Shown in pieces: positions 1 to 13,899 of a stretch of 64,000 bases of DNA. Below the pieces are notes generated by a model. The model saw nothing but the letters and a program-made list of their open reading frames with translations, did no database searches and was not told the DNA's origin. This DNA is from Anthoceros angustus (taxonomy: Eukaryota; Plantae; Anthocerotophyta): contig MU008162.1 in NCBI GenBank assembly GCA_010909165.1, positions 682,001 to 746,000 of the forward strand, read 5' to 3'. The position numbers and the translations under genes were made by a program. Within the stretch, counting starts at the first letter, position 1, and each line of letters opens with the position of its first letter.

Positions 1-898
1 CATGTGCCATCGCATCATGTTGTTCTAAGCTGGATGTCCCAGTTTGATTTGTCCAAAGACGGTTACATCTCACAGGAGGAGTTCATACACGGCATGGGCA
101 GATGGCTGGCGACCGTCATCAAAGCCAAAAAGAACAGTGAGGGCTCCCACAACACTATATGGAATGCCGAGTGGCAGGTATGCCCCTTCCAGGTCTCTTA
201 ACTGAATTACAAACTCGTTTCACAGCTCTGACCCTCAGGAGTCCTGCAGAATGCCAGGAATGAGCTCGCACTACTGGACGACTCTGGAGACGACGATGAC
301 GAGGAGGAGGAGGAAAAGGAGGCTAGTGCACAATTCATCATCATCAAGGCCATCTTGCTCATTGCCTTAGGAGCTATAATTGCGGGGGTCTTTGCAGACC
401 CTCTGGTTTCAGCCATCACCAACTTCTCCAATGCTGCTGGCATCTCTCCGTTTTTCGTTGCCTTTGTTGCCACACCCATGGCCACAAACTCCAGTGAGGC
501 CATTTCTTCAATTCTGTTTGCTAAGAGCAAACGAAAACGCAACATCTCCATGACATACTCTCAGGTCAAAAGCTTCATCCTTTCCCATCACCCATCTTCC
601 TTCACTCCAGGTTCTGGCATGTAGTGACCCATCTGTGGTGAGCTTGCAGGTTTATGGAGGTGTGACAATGAACAATACCTTGTGTCTGGCCATCTTCTTG
701 GCCGTGGTGTACGTAAGGGGGCTGGTGTGGGATTTCTCCTCGGAGGTGGCAGTCATCGTCTTCAGTACTGTTGTGATCGGAATTTTAGCTAGTTTCCGAA
801 CCACATTTCCTCTGTGGACAGGTCTTGTGGCACTGGCCATTTATCCCATCTCCATAGCCCTTGTTGCAGTTCTGGATTCCTTTTTTGGCTGGCAATAA
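1..898 (+). CDS. NCL: Na+/Ca2+ exchanger-like protein (NCL family, EF-hand), 3' part; gene starts upstream of the window
   Basis: EF-hand DLSKDGYISQEEF. Exchanger TM motifs ADPLVSAITNFS, PMATNSSEAISS and YGGVTMNNTLCL. GT-AG introns at about 178-249 and 565-649. Stop TAA 896-898. Confidence 0.9.
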
Positions 899-1233
899 TC
901 TCAACTGATGTGTAGACGAGCCGCTGCCTCTTTTTTGGATGTTATGGAAACTTCAAGGAATGCAGGTTCAAAACTGTGCATTGTCACCTTGGTGTAATTT
1001 TTAATCACACGTGTAATAACATGCGCGTAGCCTCAGTTTCTACCTGTGTACATATTAGGAAACAGCAGGACAAAGTAATACAATAGCCTTCTTCTGAATT
1101 TGAATGAGACTGTCCGAAAGGTGCTTGAGACAATATTTGAAGATAGTACGCATGATTAAATACGGGATGAATAGAATACAATGAAAATATTCGCAAGCTG
1201 CCAGACAAAACAATCTTTAAGACTCATGTGGCT

Positions 1234-3420
1234 CTAAGTGAACAAAAGGTTCCTCGCCGCAGGAATTGTACAAGCTAGGGAGCAGACAGCACCCATCAAA
1301 ATGTACGAAGCTGCACAAAAGGGCATCAGATCTGGTTCACCGGCTGCGATTGATGCAGAACCAAACGCATGAGAGCTGCGAAATCAAGTACACTTCTGGG
1401 TTAGAAGAGTGGCACAATTACAAGGTAAGAGACCATCGTTTATGCAGCCAGAGTACCTGCAAGCAGTAGTAAGACCCCGAGCAATGAGGTCATCTATCCG
1501 CAGACGGGACAGCAACCACTTGGAAAGATTTGCCCCTAGCAATCCCGTGATTATGCTCGCAGCTAAAGCCAAGGAGACGTTGCCTGCATTGAGTAAACAA
1601 ATAGAGCAATTGATTTGAGTCACAACGTGCAAGTTTGTGAAGGTTGGCGACAACGAAAAGGCAGGGCATGTGCCGACACTCAAACCAGGTCACCTTGTAA
1701 TGTCTGAGTGATTGGAACAGCAAATGGCATGGCAACACTTCGTGCCGCGACTGACCGAGTTAGACCAGCATCCAAGCCTAACTGGCGCCCGAGCACTCCA
1801 GTCAGCAGAAGGGAGAACAAGCCGGCTGCTGGAACCACAGCCAGTATCTCACGTGCATGTCGCTTCAAGACCTGCACAGCAAGCAATATCACGTTCGCTG
1901 ATCAGGGGCAGAAGGTGGGATGACAACAAACGGTCGTTCTTCGGTCACTAGTTGGAGCTACCTCGCGTTGCCGGAACAGTGTCAAGGAGTAAGAAACTGT
2001 GAGGGGACCGAGAAAAGCCATTAGCACATCGCCTCCGCCAGGGGTCCTCACATCCGAGGTCAAGTACAATCCTGAACAGCAGCCATAGCGCGTCTGTCAG
2101 TGAAAGGGAAAAACTGTGACACCCGCCCATCATCATAAGGTTGTTGGAACTCGGGACTCGGGAGGCGAAGGAAACAAACCCAAAACCGACAAAAAGCTCT
2201 GCTCTGTGACAACGCCGAAGAAGAAGGCTGCCACTATTGTGAACGCGGCGGCAGTGAGAACGGGATGGACGAACTTCTTGACGGGGCCTGGGAGGCTGCA
2301 ACCGGCAACAGAGCGGAACATTTAGACCGTTGCATCGCCTGTGAGCTAGCCATGCCCAATTCACAACATTTGCCAACTGCAGCACAATTCTCAAACTCGG
2401 AGCATGGACCACTCACTGCGAACCAAGAAGAAATCCAGACACCGTTGCAGCAGCGAAGAACGGAGCAGCTGTGGTCGCCGGGTTACCCAAAGCCGCAGGT
2501 GCGGCGTAGGCCAGACCAAATCCTGCTACCCCGACTCCAGCCCAAGAGAGCATCTCCCAGATCCCGAACGGGGCTGTGGACACCATGTTCGGCGCGTCCC
2601 CGAGCCTGCCATTGAAACTCTTCCTCGCAGCCGACGCCACCCCTCCCACGGCCAGCAGGTTCACCACCCACGCCAAAGCTGCATTCACAAACAAACACCA
2701 GAAAAATGCGTCCACTCAACCCCCGACGCCCACACCACCTCGCACCCAACACCCACACCATCAGGGGGAGGATCTGGACGCACCTACCAGAAACAGCAGC
2801 CGCCCGCCCTGCCCCGGACTCATATTCTGCACCGCGGCCGGCAGCATCACCAGCGGCGGGGTGTAGAAGAGCGGCATCCAGCGCTGCATGAGCTCCGTGG
2901 CGGGCAGGAAGAAGGCCATGACCCGCTTAGACAGCTTGGGGAACTTGATGTCCGTCCCAGCCAGCGCCCCGAAGAGCAGCAGCATGCCCACCGTCGGACT
3001 GGGCAGGCTCCGCAGCCCCGCTGGCAGCACCTGCCACTGCGCGATTCCCGCCCCCAGCGCCTTCTCCCCGCCCACCAGCAACCCAACTGCGAGCGCGATC
3101 TGCAGAGGCTGCAGCGGCCTCCCCTGCCCGGACACCTGCTCCGAGAGCTCCGCGTCTAGCACCGCCTGCACCGTCACCACGCCCCTCCTCCTGCTCCGCC
3201 TCCACGTCCTCAGCGCCGCAGCTCCCAGCTCCTGCCTGCCCACCTCGAATCTCCCTCTCCAGCCCCGCCATTGCACGCTGCATCCCCGGCCCTGCAGCCC
3301 GCTTGATGCAAACAACGCTGTTGGTGCTGCGCAAATCCTCGTACCTGCCGCAGCGGATTCAGGAACCAGGAGAGCAGGCGCGCCCACTGCTCCTGTGCTC
3401 AATGCGCCCAAGCCTGCCAT
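1234..3420 (-). CDS. PLGG1: Plastidial glycolate/glycerate transporter-like (LrgA/LrgB family), multi-exon
   Basis: Transit-peptide-like N-terminus. Motifs QRWMPLFYTPPLV, TAAPFFAAATVSGFLLGS, VKKFVHPV, ARSVAMPFAV and ARGLTTACS. The last exon FCAASYILMGAVCSLACTIPAARNLLFT* ends at 1234. Confidence 0.88.
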
Positions 3421-3747
3421 TTTCAAAATTGCACAAATCCAAATTCAGAAGATGGGAGCAAGAAGCAGGCGGAATCCAGGGCGATGGAGCTGCAGACAAC
3501 CAGGCTCCGGTGAGCCCGACGCTTTCGCATCGCTCTCATGGCGGGAATGGGCGAGCATTACACTGGGCTCACGTGGCAGGATATCGTCACTTCCAAGTGT
3601 CGCCGGCAGACCCTGGCACTTGGCAAACAAGGACTGCGTGAATCGAGGAGTGTGGATACATGGTTTACAGCAGGCGTTTTTGAGATGGAATAAACGAGAG
3701 TGTGGAGGGGAATGTGACCTCATCTGTTACACAAAAGGGTCTTTTGT

Positions 3748-6146
3748 TCATGCTTGCAGCAGCTCGTCATAATCAATTTTATGGAAGGCTTGCTTGGTCT
3801 TGACATCCAAAGCTAGGTGGACAGTGCAACCCAACAACTTCTGAAGGTCCAAACGGGCACCAGTGCCGATCTCCCTGCACGGGTGGGAAAAGTCTGAAGG
3901 GTCATGGACAATCCGATGAAAAAGCTGACGAGCAGGCATAGAGAAATTGCTCCATCTACTTGCCTGATAATGGATCCGCCTTTTCCGACTATGATCTTTT
4001 TATGGTCCTCCTTTTGCACAATGAACTGTTGTTCGATTCGAATGGAACCATCTTTTAGAACCTTCCAAGAAACATGATGGTGGTCGATGGCGTATGGGAT
4101 TTCCTGCTTGGGTATCGAAGATGAAGATCAGGAACGCGGGCTGCGACTTCAGTGAACAAAGTGATTTGAGGACGGGAAAGGGAAGGCGTGAGAAGAGGGT
4201 ACTACCTCATGTATGTAGTTGTACAGGTGCTCTCGAACAACTTCCATGGCAAGATCCTGCTTCGCGGTTGGGCTTGGGTTTCCGCGTTCATATTGCCAGG
4301 GTCTCAGTATACCCTACAGTACCCAGGCACATGAGACGCTGACAGAGCACTAGACATACAGGAGATGCGCGGCAAAAAGGAATTGAAGCATAAGGCACAT
4401 CAGATTGCTTTACCAACCTGATCAACCAAATATTCGCGAATGTCTCGTACTCCTGAACCACTTTTACTGGAAATCATAAACACCCTGATGAAAGTGAACG
4501 GCGGGTTATCAGCAGAAGCACTCAATGAAGGATTGCCCAAAAACAACATGCGAGCAGCATGAAGAAAACAGACTTGAAACTGAACATCACCTGTCGAAAT
4601 TGGCAAGTTGAACAAAATGGTCCGCTAGAGGTAGCAAGGATTTCTTGTCAGTTATAAGATCCACCTTGTTCAGGCACAGAATCTTCTTCTTTTCCCAGTC
4701 ATCTTCCTCCCCCAACTTTGCGACCAGCCGCTCCACTCGCTTATCTGGTCTGTAGCAACATAATTAGCACGTGACTATCCACATAGCATGATAAGGAGTA
4801 CGCTCCACACAGCTGTCCAGCAACTGACCTAAGTATCTGTCGACTCGCATCCACAACCACAAGTATTGCTTCACAGGTTGCAGCGGCCTGCCAGGCCGTG
4901 CCGACTGAGGCAATCCTGGAGCGTCTTATAGGATACCCTTGAGAATCTACTTGAAGGCCAGGTGTATCGTAAATCACCTTGAAAGAGGACAAGGCGTTCA
5001 TCAACTCCCAGGCACCAACACACCCCATCTAGAAAAAAAATTCTTCCACGAATTCAATGGACGAGGCTTGGTTGAGCTTCACCTACCAGCTGAGTGTCTC
5101 CTTGCGTGTGCACACCGACGTGGTCAGCATGGGTCGTATTCGTCTTTCGTGAAACTGCTGAAACCTTACTCCCCACCTGCCGCCATCACCATCACCTCTG
5201 TTAGCGGCTCCTGACTGCAAGTCCACCGAGATGTCAAACCTTCCTCAAGCTGGTAGCCAGGAATGAGCATGTGCAGGCATTCTAGAGCACCAAGGCACAC
5301 CGCACAATTTAACGGGACGGCCCCTAGCATCTGAAACGTCACCAGATTACAAACCACACCCACCAGCTGATTCGTGAGTGCCGATTTCCCCGCATTTGGA
5401 GCCCCAACCACTGCCACACTGAGGGACCGCTGTTCGGTTTCAGGGACAAATTTCTCCTCCTCAAGAATATCAAAAGCTTGCCTAAGCACGCTTGCTGCAA
5501 CATCTACATCTGCATTTACTGCTGCTTCCACGTCACGAAGCTCCCTGCCCTCTGATACCACAACAGCCCTCTGAGCGCCCTTCTGTCTCCGCTTCGCTAT
5601 CCTTTCCTTAATTTCCTGTACCACAGAATGCTCAAGTGAATCCTGCTGGTACTCTTTCCCAAGCCCCTTCGCTACTTCACCGCCGCTTCCCGCTTCCAAA
5701 TCCTCATTCCCACTTGCTTCCCTATCATCTCCTCTACCAGAAGCATCCCCTCTCGCTGAGAATGCGATACTGCTCGGGTTGAACCCAGACCGATCTCGCT
5801 CCCTAATGCCATCCTGCGGTTCAACGGAGGAACAGCCTGAATCATCATCCCGGCTTTCTGAAGCTAGCACCCCGGTAAGGGCAGCCTCAGCTTTTGTTCC
5901 TCGTGCCCGAAACCCTCTTCTCCCGCCAACCCACAAAAACTCTGGAGCACATTCCACCAATTCCCTCGCCCTGCCAGACAATTCAGAATGCGATGAGGAA
6001 GCTCGCAATAGGTCGGAAGCAGCAGCCCCAAGACGGTCAGGGGACCACAGCAATTCCCGCTCCTGCAAGATTCCAAATTGAGTCGATTTGCCTTGACCCG
6101 CAAGAGACTTGCAAGCAGCCCTCAGGAGGAGCTTCCGAGCTTGCAT
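3748..6146 (-). CDS. ERA: ERA-like GTPase, organellar (mitochondrial ERG/ERA2 type), multi-exon
   Basis: G1 VVGAPNAGKSALTN, G3 YDTPG, MISSKSGSG, KH-domain KKIIVGKGGSII, and C-terminal GARLDLQKLLGCTVHLALDVK. Confidence 0.9.
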
Positions 6147-6239
6147 TTCACCTTGCTCCAATTCATCTGCTGATTCACAAGAGGTCCACAAGCAACCCGA
6201 GATCCCGAAGGCAAGACACCGGGGCCTGCAGGAGGAAAG

Positions 6240-6262
6240 GGTTTAGGGTTTTAGGATTTAAG
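6240..6262 (-). promoter_or_regulatory. Telo-box (AAACCCTA) about 100 bp upstream of the ERA start codon
   Basis: GTTTAGGGTTTTAGG on the + strand is AAACCCTA on the gene strand. Telo-boxes are known in promoters of plant translation and ribosome-biogenesis genes. Confidence 0.5.
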
Positions 6263-6412
6263 GCACAAAAATTTTACAAAATACAGTTTCAGTGATATAG
6301 TAGTACAAGGAAGCTCATCGAATGACATGTCCGATGGAGCTATTAAAGATGACGTTGCCGACAGATCTCTAGAAGCGATCACGATGCTTGACTAGTCCAA
6401 TAGTATGAAAGT

Positions 6413-8757
6413 TCATCGATCTATGTTCAGCTGAACAGTGAGTTCGCTCACACCCAGGTCATTGTACACGCTGTGCACATGTCTCAGAATTTTCTGCTCA
6501 TCCGCCCCTTCCTTTACCTGATGCACACAAGACGGGTTGTGAGTTCTTTTCCTGGGTCTCAACATGCAAGAAAATGCAGAAGCAGGGACAAAAAAGGCAA
6601 GGGCTCGGAGACGGCACCCGTAAGATCATGGTCCCGACCACAAAACCTGGAACCATGTCCCAGAAGCGAGTGATGGAGCACTCTGACACGCCCTCATGCA
6701 TCAGGACCTGATCGACAAGTCATGACACACTGTATATGTCAGAACAAGTCCAGAAGATGGCCAGGCAGATATTTTTCATGAAGGGTTCAGGAAGAGGTAG
6801 ATACCTGGCGCAGGCATTTGCTAAAAGCGGAAGTTGAAATTGCGGTTGGGGACATCTGTAGCAGCACTCCACCTGATGCTTTGAAGATGGGCATAGCCAT
6901 GAACACCACAGAAACTGATACCAGGAGGAAGCACAGCGTTTCTGCGTTGGTCACTCTGCAGCAGAGGACAGTTGTTTACAGTGTGTACAACATTATGGAG
7001 GAGGCCTTTGGGTCTGTTAAACGTAAGCAGAAGAAAGACTTGGGTTTACCCAAGAGCGAGTAGCCAGGATGCCAGAATGACCCCTGCACTGCACAATAGA
7101 ATGCTTTCAAGGTCAGATCAACCATGTGGTTTCTACAAGCGGAAAGTGAGATGATACAGGTGCAGCTTGCAGACGTACCTGCGGATGGAATCGGCTAATA
7201 CATGGAGGCACACTGCGTGTAGGTTCATGTCTTCTGCTTTCCTATACGCTGGATTCAATGACAGTGGGCACGCACGTCAACCCAATGCCAGCCTACAGAA
7301 AAGTGAGAACTGGATGAATGAGTGCAGCTGTGCATGATGGGTGAAGAAGTTCACCAACACGTAGTCGCGCATACTGTCGGAAGAACCATACTCCCAGTAG
7401 ATTGACAAGAAGATTTGTCACTGCTGACACTATTAGGTAGTGCCTGCTCACAAGGGCACCACAAGTATGTAAGTCCATGGGGTGCACGACAGGAACAGCT
7501 TCCGCCTCAGTGAGGGCTCAGAGGAGGGCTCACTTGTGCTCAGATTCGTCCTGAATGAAGGCATGCAGAGCTTCCACAGCAAGAGAAAACGACAGAAACA
7601 GAAGAAACAGCTGCAGTGCCACACAAGGCACAAGCTTAGTACCAAGTGTAGAAAGGAAGAAAGGCCTGCCTGCCTGCCATCACTCACTCACACCAGCAAC
7701 CAAAAACGACGTACAGCATTTGTAAAAGCTGCTAGAACTTCCAGCCTCTTGTATCTGCAAGGCGGAGAGAAAACCGAGTTAGAAACCCATCGTCACAATG
7801 CAGTTCCACAGAGCCACATCACACACATACCCGTATGTAAAAGTTTCGTCTGGCTTCTTCTGTGAACCCACCAGAGCATAGAGAGAAAAAGTGAGAACTC
7901 CGCATCCAAATGTAAGATGAAAGGAGTCAGACACTAGGCCTGCAAACAACACTCAGCATCAAAAACGCATACCAACCAGCACCAGAAACTGCTCACTACA
8001 TCCAAGAACGACACTAACCAATCCGCCCACTGAACAGGCCGATGAGGAATTCGATGGCAGAGTAGAGAAAATTGAGCAGAATGAGCAGGAACAGCTTCTT
8101 TGCCGGTCTCAACCCAGACCTCAAGATGGGGCTCAAGGCCACCAACATCCGCGCCCTCCTCCCAGCCCGCTGCCATCTCCTCTTCACATCCTTTCTCTTC
8201 CCGTCCAAACCCACTGCCTCATCCTCCCCAGAATCGGCCTCCGCCTTCTCGCCCCGCTCCATGGACAGCAGGCGGGTCAAGCTGGGCTCCAGATTCCGGC
8301 CATCCGCCCGAGCCTGCGGAGCCTTCTGCAGCACCGGAGGCTCCCTGGTGAAGGAGGGCCAGGAGGCGAAAGCGGCGCCTGCTCTGGCAGATGCGGAGCT
8401 GAAGGGCGAGGTCTGGGGGTAAGGAGACCTGATGGGCTTGGAGGGGATGGCCGGGCTGGGAAGAGGCCGCCCATTTCCGCCCCCGGGGAGCCTGAATTCT
8501 GCAGATGCCGCCGGCGGCTTCAGCGGGGAGGAAAGAAAGGTGGGAGTGGAGTAGGAAGAACCCGAGAGAGAGCGGAAGGTTCGCTGAGGCTGGGATTGCG
8601 CAAATGGGGGAGTCGGCAATGGAGCATCCGCAGATCTGTTCCCGGTCTTCCTTGGAGGCGTCAATGGAAGCGTCTCGAAGGTAGCAGCACCGGCTGAGTC
8701 CGTGGAGAATTCGGCATGGCTGGGGAGCTTGCCGAGAGAACCCAAATTCGACTCCAT
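6413..8757 (-). CDS. MTP5: Metal tolerance protein (CDF/ZnT family), MTP5-like, multi-exon
   Basis: KKLFLLILLNFLYSAIEFLIGLFSGRIG, LVNLLGVWFFRQYAR, LQMAPP..AFSKCLRQ, RFWDMVPGFVVG, and final exon HVHSVYNDLGVSELTVQLNIDR*. The start is uncertain: ATG at 8757 or an upstream in-frame ATG near 8994. Confidence 0.85.
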
Positions 8758-9060
8758 GGATTCCTCTGAGCTCAGATTCTCCGGCCGAGCCCAAATCGCT
8801 ACCGGCCTCTTCCTCTCGCATGCCGCAGCCTGGATGGAGCTCGCCTCCTCATGCTGCCGGCTTCCAGGAAAATTCGAAGGGGGAAGGCGGAATTCGGAAT
8901 TCAGCTCTCCCGGGCCGAACTTCCGTCGCACGTCCGCGGACGAGGAAGCGAGGGGGACGGAAAAGGAGGACCTTAAGGGCTGGGTTGCTTGCATCAAATT
9001 TGAAATAGCCACAGGAGGGAGTCGGCAGAGGAAAAGAGCTCTGTTAAGGACAAAATTTTG

Positions 9061-12000
9061 TCAGGCGGTGAATTCACAGGAAGCAGATCTGGTTCCACAG
9101 GAATTCACTGCTGCAATGCTTGTGGATCTCGGGTTCTTGGGGAAGAGTAGTTCTAGGACTTCGGGATTTACATAATACGACTGAGCCGGCCTGATTAACT
9201 CTAAGAGGGCATCCCCTGCCACCTTCCAGGCAAAGATGACACTTCCTGCCCTTTTGCCGTTTTCGAGGACCTTGTCCTCCTTTCTCATGGCATCCTGATA
9301 CACCACTGCATAGATTGCGGATGCCTCTTTCTTGATCTGCTCAATGTCTTTGGTCCTGCAGGCAAAGTCTGGGCCTCCATACAGACGCTGCAAGACAAAA
9401 ACGGAAACAGAGTTTGGTCTGTGGGAGATGTGCTGAAAGCAGAGTGTTGGATGGAAGGAATTGGATGGGTCTGCTTACCTCCTTGAACCGGAGTATCGCG
9501 GATTGACACGCAGAATTCTTAATCAAGACATTTGTCTCAGCACATGCCTTGCGCATGATGCTGAGGTATTCTCTGTACAGGCCTTCCCATTCACCGAAGT
9601 ACTTCTGGTATCCATCGATCTCGAACCGGTTATCCACTTCGATGCCACCTGCTCACATGAAACATCACTGTTGGTAAGTCATGCTGTTTCAAAGAATCTC
9701 ACGGGTTGGTTGAGGAGAACAGACCTGAAGGGAACCAAGGGAAGTCTGATGGGTTTTTCACCAGATCGTAGATCCACCCCAAAACCGTCTTGGATCGCTC
9801 TTTACGTTGCTGTTGCATGAAGTGGTCTCGGATATCCTTGTCCATGTGATGCGGCCACACGGTGACTTTCAGATCCGTGGGCACATCGGTTCCCTGCCAA
9901 GCACATATGGTAAACCATAAAAACCTTAACACTCACTATTTGCTGTACGGATCCAGACAGTGCGTCACCAAGCTCACCTTAACACCAGACTTTTCCGCGT
10001 CCAAAGCCTCATAGTATATATTTACAAGCCTGTTGCATTTTCTCAGCACGTCTTCCCCAGATTCTCCTTGCCGCCGAATCTCAGCATACTTGTCCATGGT
10101 GGCCAACCATGCATTCGCTGCCTTGCCCTTGATAAAACTTTACAGACCACTCAGTTAGACACAGGACTCAGAACATCAAAATTCATGAGCTCACCTAGTC
10201 CATGACTCAGAGCATGTAAACACGGACCTTGGTCTGAAACAGGAATCCAGACACAGCTCGAAATAGTCATTTTCAAAAGCTTTGCAGTCCGCAGGAGCCT
10301 CCTTGGGTTTTGGAGCTTTCTCCTTCCTGGGCACTTCCCAAGGACTGCTGACCTTGAAGTGTCTGATTATCTGCACAGAGATAGTTTCAGAAGTGCACAG
10401 ATAGATTCATCCAAAACTGCCCCTAACTGACCGTTACCTCACCTCTCTGTTGAAGCATATCCAGAACTCGTCACCGTCCAAATCGCTGTTGGCCATCTCG
10501 TCGACCACAGACCGCTTCCCCTGCACTGAGAAGAAAATGCCGTATTTTCCCGATCCAATAACGTTCATAAACCCAGCAGGGGGAGGGACAGCCTGAAACT
10601 TGTGGATGTCGCCAAGATGCAAGCCAGGAGGTTTGTATACAAGAACTTCCTCAGCTATTATAGGGTACTCTCTGCGTTCGACCAACAGCATTGTTGGGTT
10701 CCAAAATGAACAAGTCAAGAGCAAGACAAGAAGAGACCAAGTTGGTGACGCTTACTTTATAATCACAACCTCCTGGGGTTTCAGTTGGCCAGTTGGGTCA
10801 GCTAAGCCTTTCAGATAGCAAGTCTGATTCACGGGTATCCTCCCGCGGCTCAGATCCGTCAAATGTGAGTTCAGCAAGTCAGTTAACGTCTTCTGAATGA
10901 AGCACTCCTTGGTACCGAGACCCGCCAATACCATGCGCAGGGCAATCTGGCACTCGTCCCTCTCCCGGACGTTTCTTGCTAACTCTGCAACAACCAAACC
11001 AGACAATGGTAAATCGTTCAGGGTTTCACACGAAGTAAGTTTCTATCAGCAGCTGCATCTCATCAGCATCACCCACCCTTAAACGCTTTCCCGATGTCCT
11101 TGTAGTAAGTTTTCAAGACTTCCAGCCTTTCTAGGGCAAATGCCCTGATAACCTCCTCAGGGACCCCATTGCATACCAACAGCAGGATCAGCTGCGGAAA
11201 GAGCTTCGCTAACTTTGGCTCTCGGCTGTTGAACCAAGGCAATACAAGATATCAGTTGACAACATCTCAAAATCTGAGTGACAAACCTTCTGTAGGGAAA
11301 GAACAATTCCAAATTACCTTGTTGCACAAAGTTCTAGAGCAGTATATGTTGTCCCCGAACATTTGGGATCAGCTGTGACCTTCCTCATAGAAGGTCGGAC
11401 TTGGATCGTTTGGGGAGGCAACTGGTAAGGAGAAGCGAGATCAGTTCGCAGTTCACTCTAGGTGAGTCAATGACAGGAGAGAAATCACACCTCTCTGTTC
11501 ACCAGAAGGAGACCTTTGTACACGCTCCCTTGGTGGAAGAGTCGCTGTTGGACGTATAGACAATAATCCTGCAAAATACAAACTTCCGGTTGTGCCGAGC
11601 TCTTGGGTGAGCTCCAATCAAGATGACCTGAAAGTACAAACTAACATTCTGTACCGGCATTCAGAGCTTCTGTACTATACACCGGAGCCTAAGCAGTCTG
11701 CTCGTACTCGGAGTTGCAGTCCATACTGGGAGATGTCCTTTACACTCTGCATACCTCCGTCGGCTTGGTAGGATCTGTCCCAACTTTCTTCTTGCCCTTG
11801 AAAACAGACGTGGGACAAAGACGCATTAGGTCCTCAGAGATAAATCCGATGCCATCAGTGTGGATCATATCGTCACCGTTGACGTTCCTACAAATCACTC
11901 CCGACTCATCCTGCAAGCAACAATGACGACCGCCTGGTAAGGCCGGAACTCTTCTAAGCAAGAGAGCCATGTCACCAACAGCAACGTACCTGGCAATGAA

Positions 12001-13899
12001 TATCAGGAATCAGCTCCACTTTTACATTTGACCAATCCAGGTGAACAGGCACCGTCTTCGACAGCGCAAGCTCCATCCTGCGAGTAAATTAGCCGTCAGA
12101 CGGACCTTGTAACACGAGGGGAAAGAGGCGACCCAAGCTCACAGAAGTGCAGCAGCGAGAGCTTGGAGTGGATGAACTAACCTCGCTTTGCGCTTCGAGA
12201 GAAGTGGAACAGTATGGAAGTGTCCCAAGTACTCTCGAGCATCATGTACAGTCTGAAACTGTCGGAACTGGGGATTTTTCACGTCCGACTCAGCCTTCGA
12301 CTGGATGCACAGGAAGACAAACTTGGCCCCAGTTGCGACATCCTCACCAAAGCTACCGGGCTTCTTCCTCTCTTGCTGGTCCTTGCAAGCTGCGCACATA
12401 CAAACAAACAAAAAGCCACATCACGCACAACACTGGATGCATAACACGCCAAGTTTTTCCAGGAAAAGACCCTCACCATAGAACCTGTAGGTCCGCAGCC
12501 CCAGGACCAGCCCTTCTCTATTAATGCGTCTGAGCGCACCTTCAGCATCTTGCCGTTCATCTTTTTTGATCCTCAAATCAACCTTCAAAATGTTTTGAAA
12601 TCCAAACGCCCTCTGCAAGGGCGTACTCTCCGACTCCAAAAACAGGTTCTGATTGACACATTGTCAGCACGCGTGCGGCCTGCACTCCACCCCAGTCCTA
12701 CCGCCCACAATTCTGAAGGACTCACCAGAAAGACAACAGAACCCGCTCGATCAAGTTTGCAATGAAACGCAACGTGCTGGTCCTTGACGTCAGCTCCTGC
12801 CTGCCACGGCTCATCACACGCACAAATCAGGAGCAGCAAGCAGCCGGTTCAGGGACGCTCGCGTCAGAGGAGACAAGCAATTAACCAAGTGAGGCTCAGC
12901 TGAGAGCCGGAGATTGCACACTTGGTGCATTGCTTGCCCCGCTCCGCCGGGACACCAGGGCGGACGAATGCAGAAAGCTGAAAGGCGTACTTGAAACGAT
13001 CGCTCCATCTGCACCGCGCCTTCACAATGCCGCAGCCAATCCTCCACGGAGTACAGGTCCATGTCCTGGAACTGCAGAATCTTCTGCGGCAAAAGATGCC
13101 TCGCCCACGCGTCCCTGCCACACCGGAAATTGGGAAATCAGCCAGGCACAAGAGAACCGTCTCAGCCAGCACAGCACACCACAGGAATGCATCGAGCCAG
13201 GCCAACTCACGGTCCGAAATACTTCATAATCAGGAACTGCTTGACAAACGGCAGCTTCCCGAAAGCTGCCCATCGCTCCTGCTGTTGGTCCAGGAGCTCC
13301 TGCGGCCTGGAGAGCTGCAGCCTTCTGACAACGGAGTCCTCCTGACCGACAACAAAAGCTGGCCTCTTGGGACAGGGCTCCGGCGATCCAGAGCCGGGGC
13401 CTGAAGAATTATCATCCGCCCTGCCCCGCTTGCCCAGGAATGGGGCCCGGACCGCCCGCTGGGGAGTGTGGGGCGACGGGGGCCCGGGCGGCAAGAGCCG
13501 CCCGGGCGGGGTGAGCAGGTGCGGAGGGAAGGAAGGGAAGGGTGAGGGAGGGAGGGAGGGAGGGAAGGGAAGGGAAGGGGAACAGAAAGGGGAAGGGGAA
13601 GGGGAAAGGGAGCTCTGCAGGAAATCGGAATCCGGCATGCCCGCTGCCTTCTCGGCCAGGTAAGTGATGAATGCCGAGGCCGACTTGACCACCTGCGAAT
13701 TCACCACCTTGCGGAGCACCCACAATCCGCGCGGCTCGTCCAATTGCGCCACCCGAGAGCGGGCACTGTCCTGGACAGTTTCCTTGGTCTTCCTCTGAAT
13801 CAGGGTGACCAGCCGCTCCATCGCCGGGGGCAAGAAGACGCACGACGCAGGTGCTGGTTCCCCTGCCCCCGCCCCTGCCCCTGCCCCTGTTCCCGCCAT
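9061..13899 (-). CDS. RDR: RNA-dependent RNA polymerase, gamma clade (RDR3/4/5-like), multi-exon
   Basis: Gamma-type motifs HTDGIGFISEDLMRLCPTSVFKG, QRLFHQGSVYKGLLLVN, LPPQTIQVRPSMRKV, KPPGLHLGDIH, catalytic NSDLDGDEFW (10470-10484), and C-terminal FAWKVAGDAL. Confidence 0.9.
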
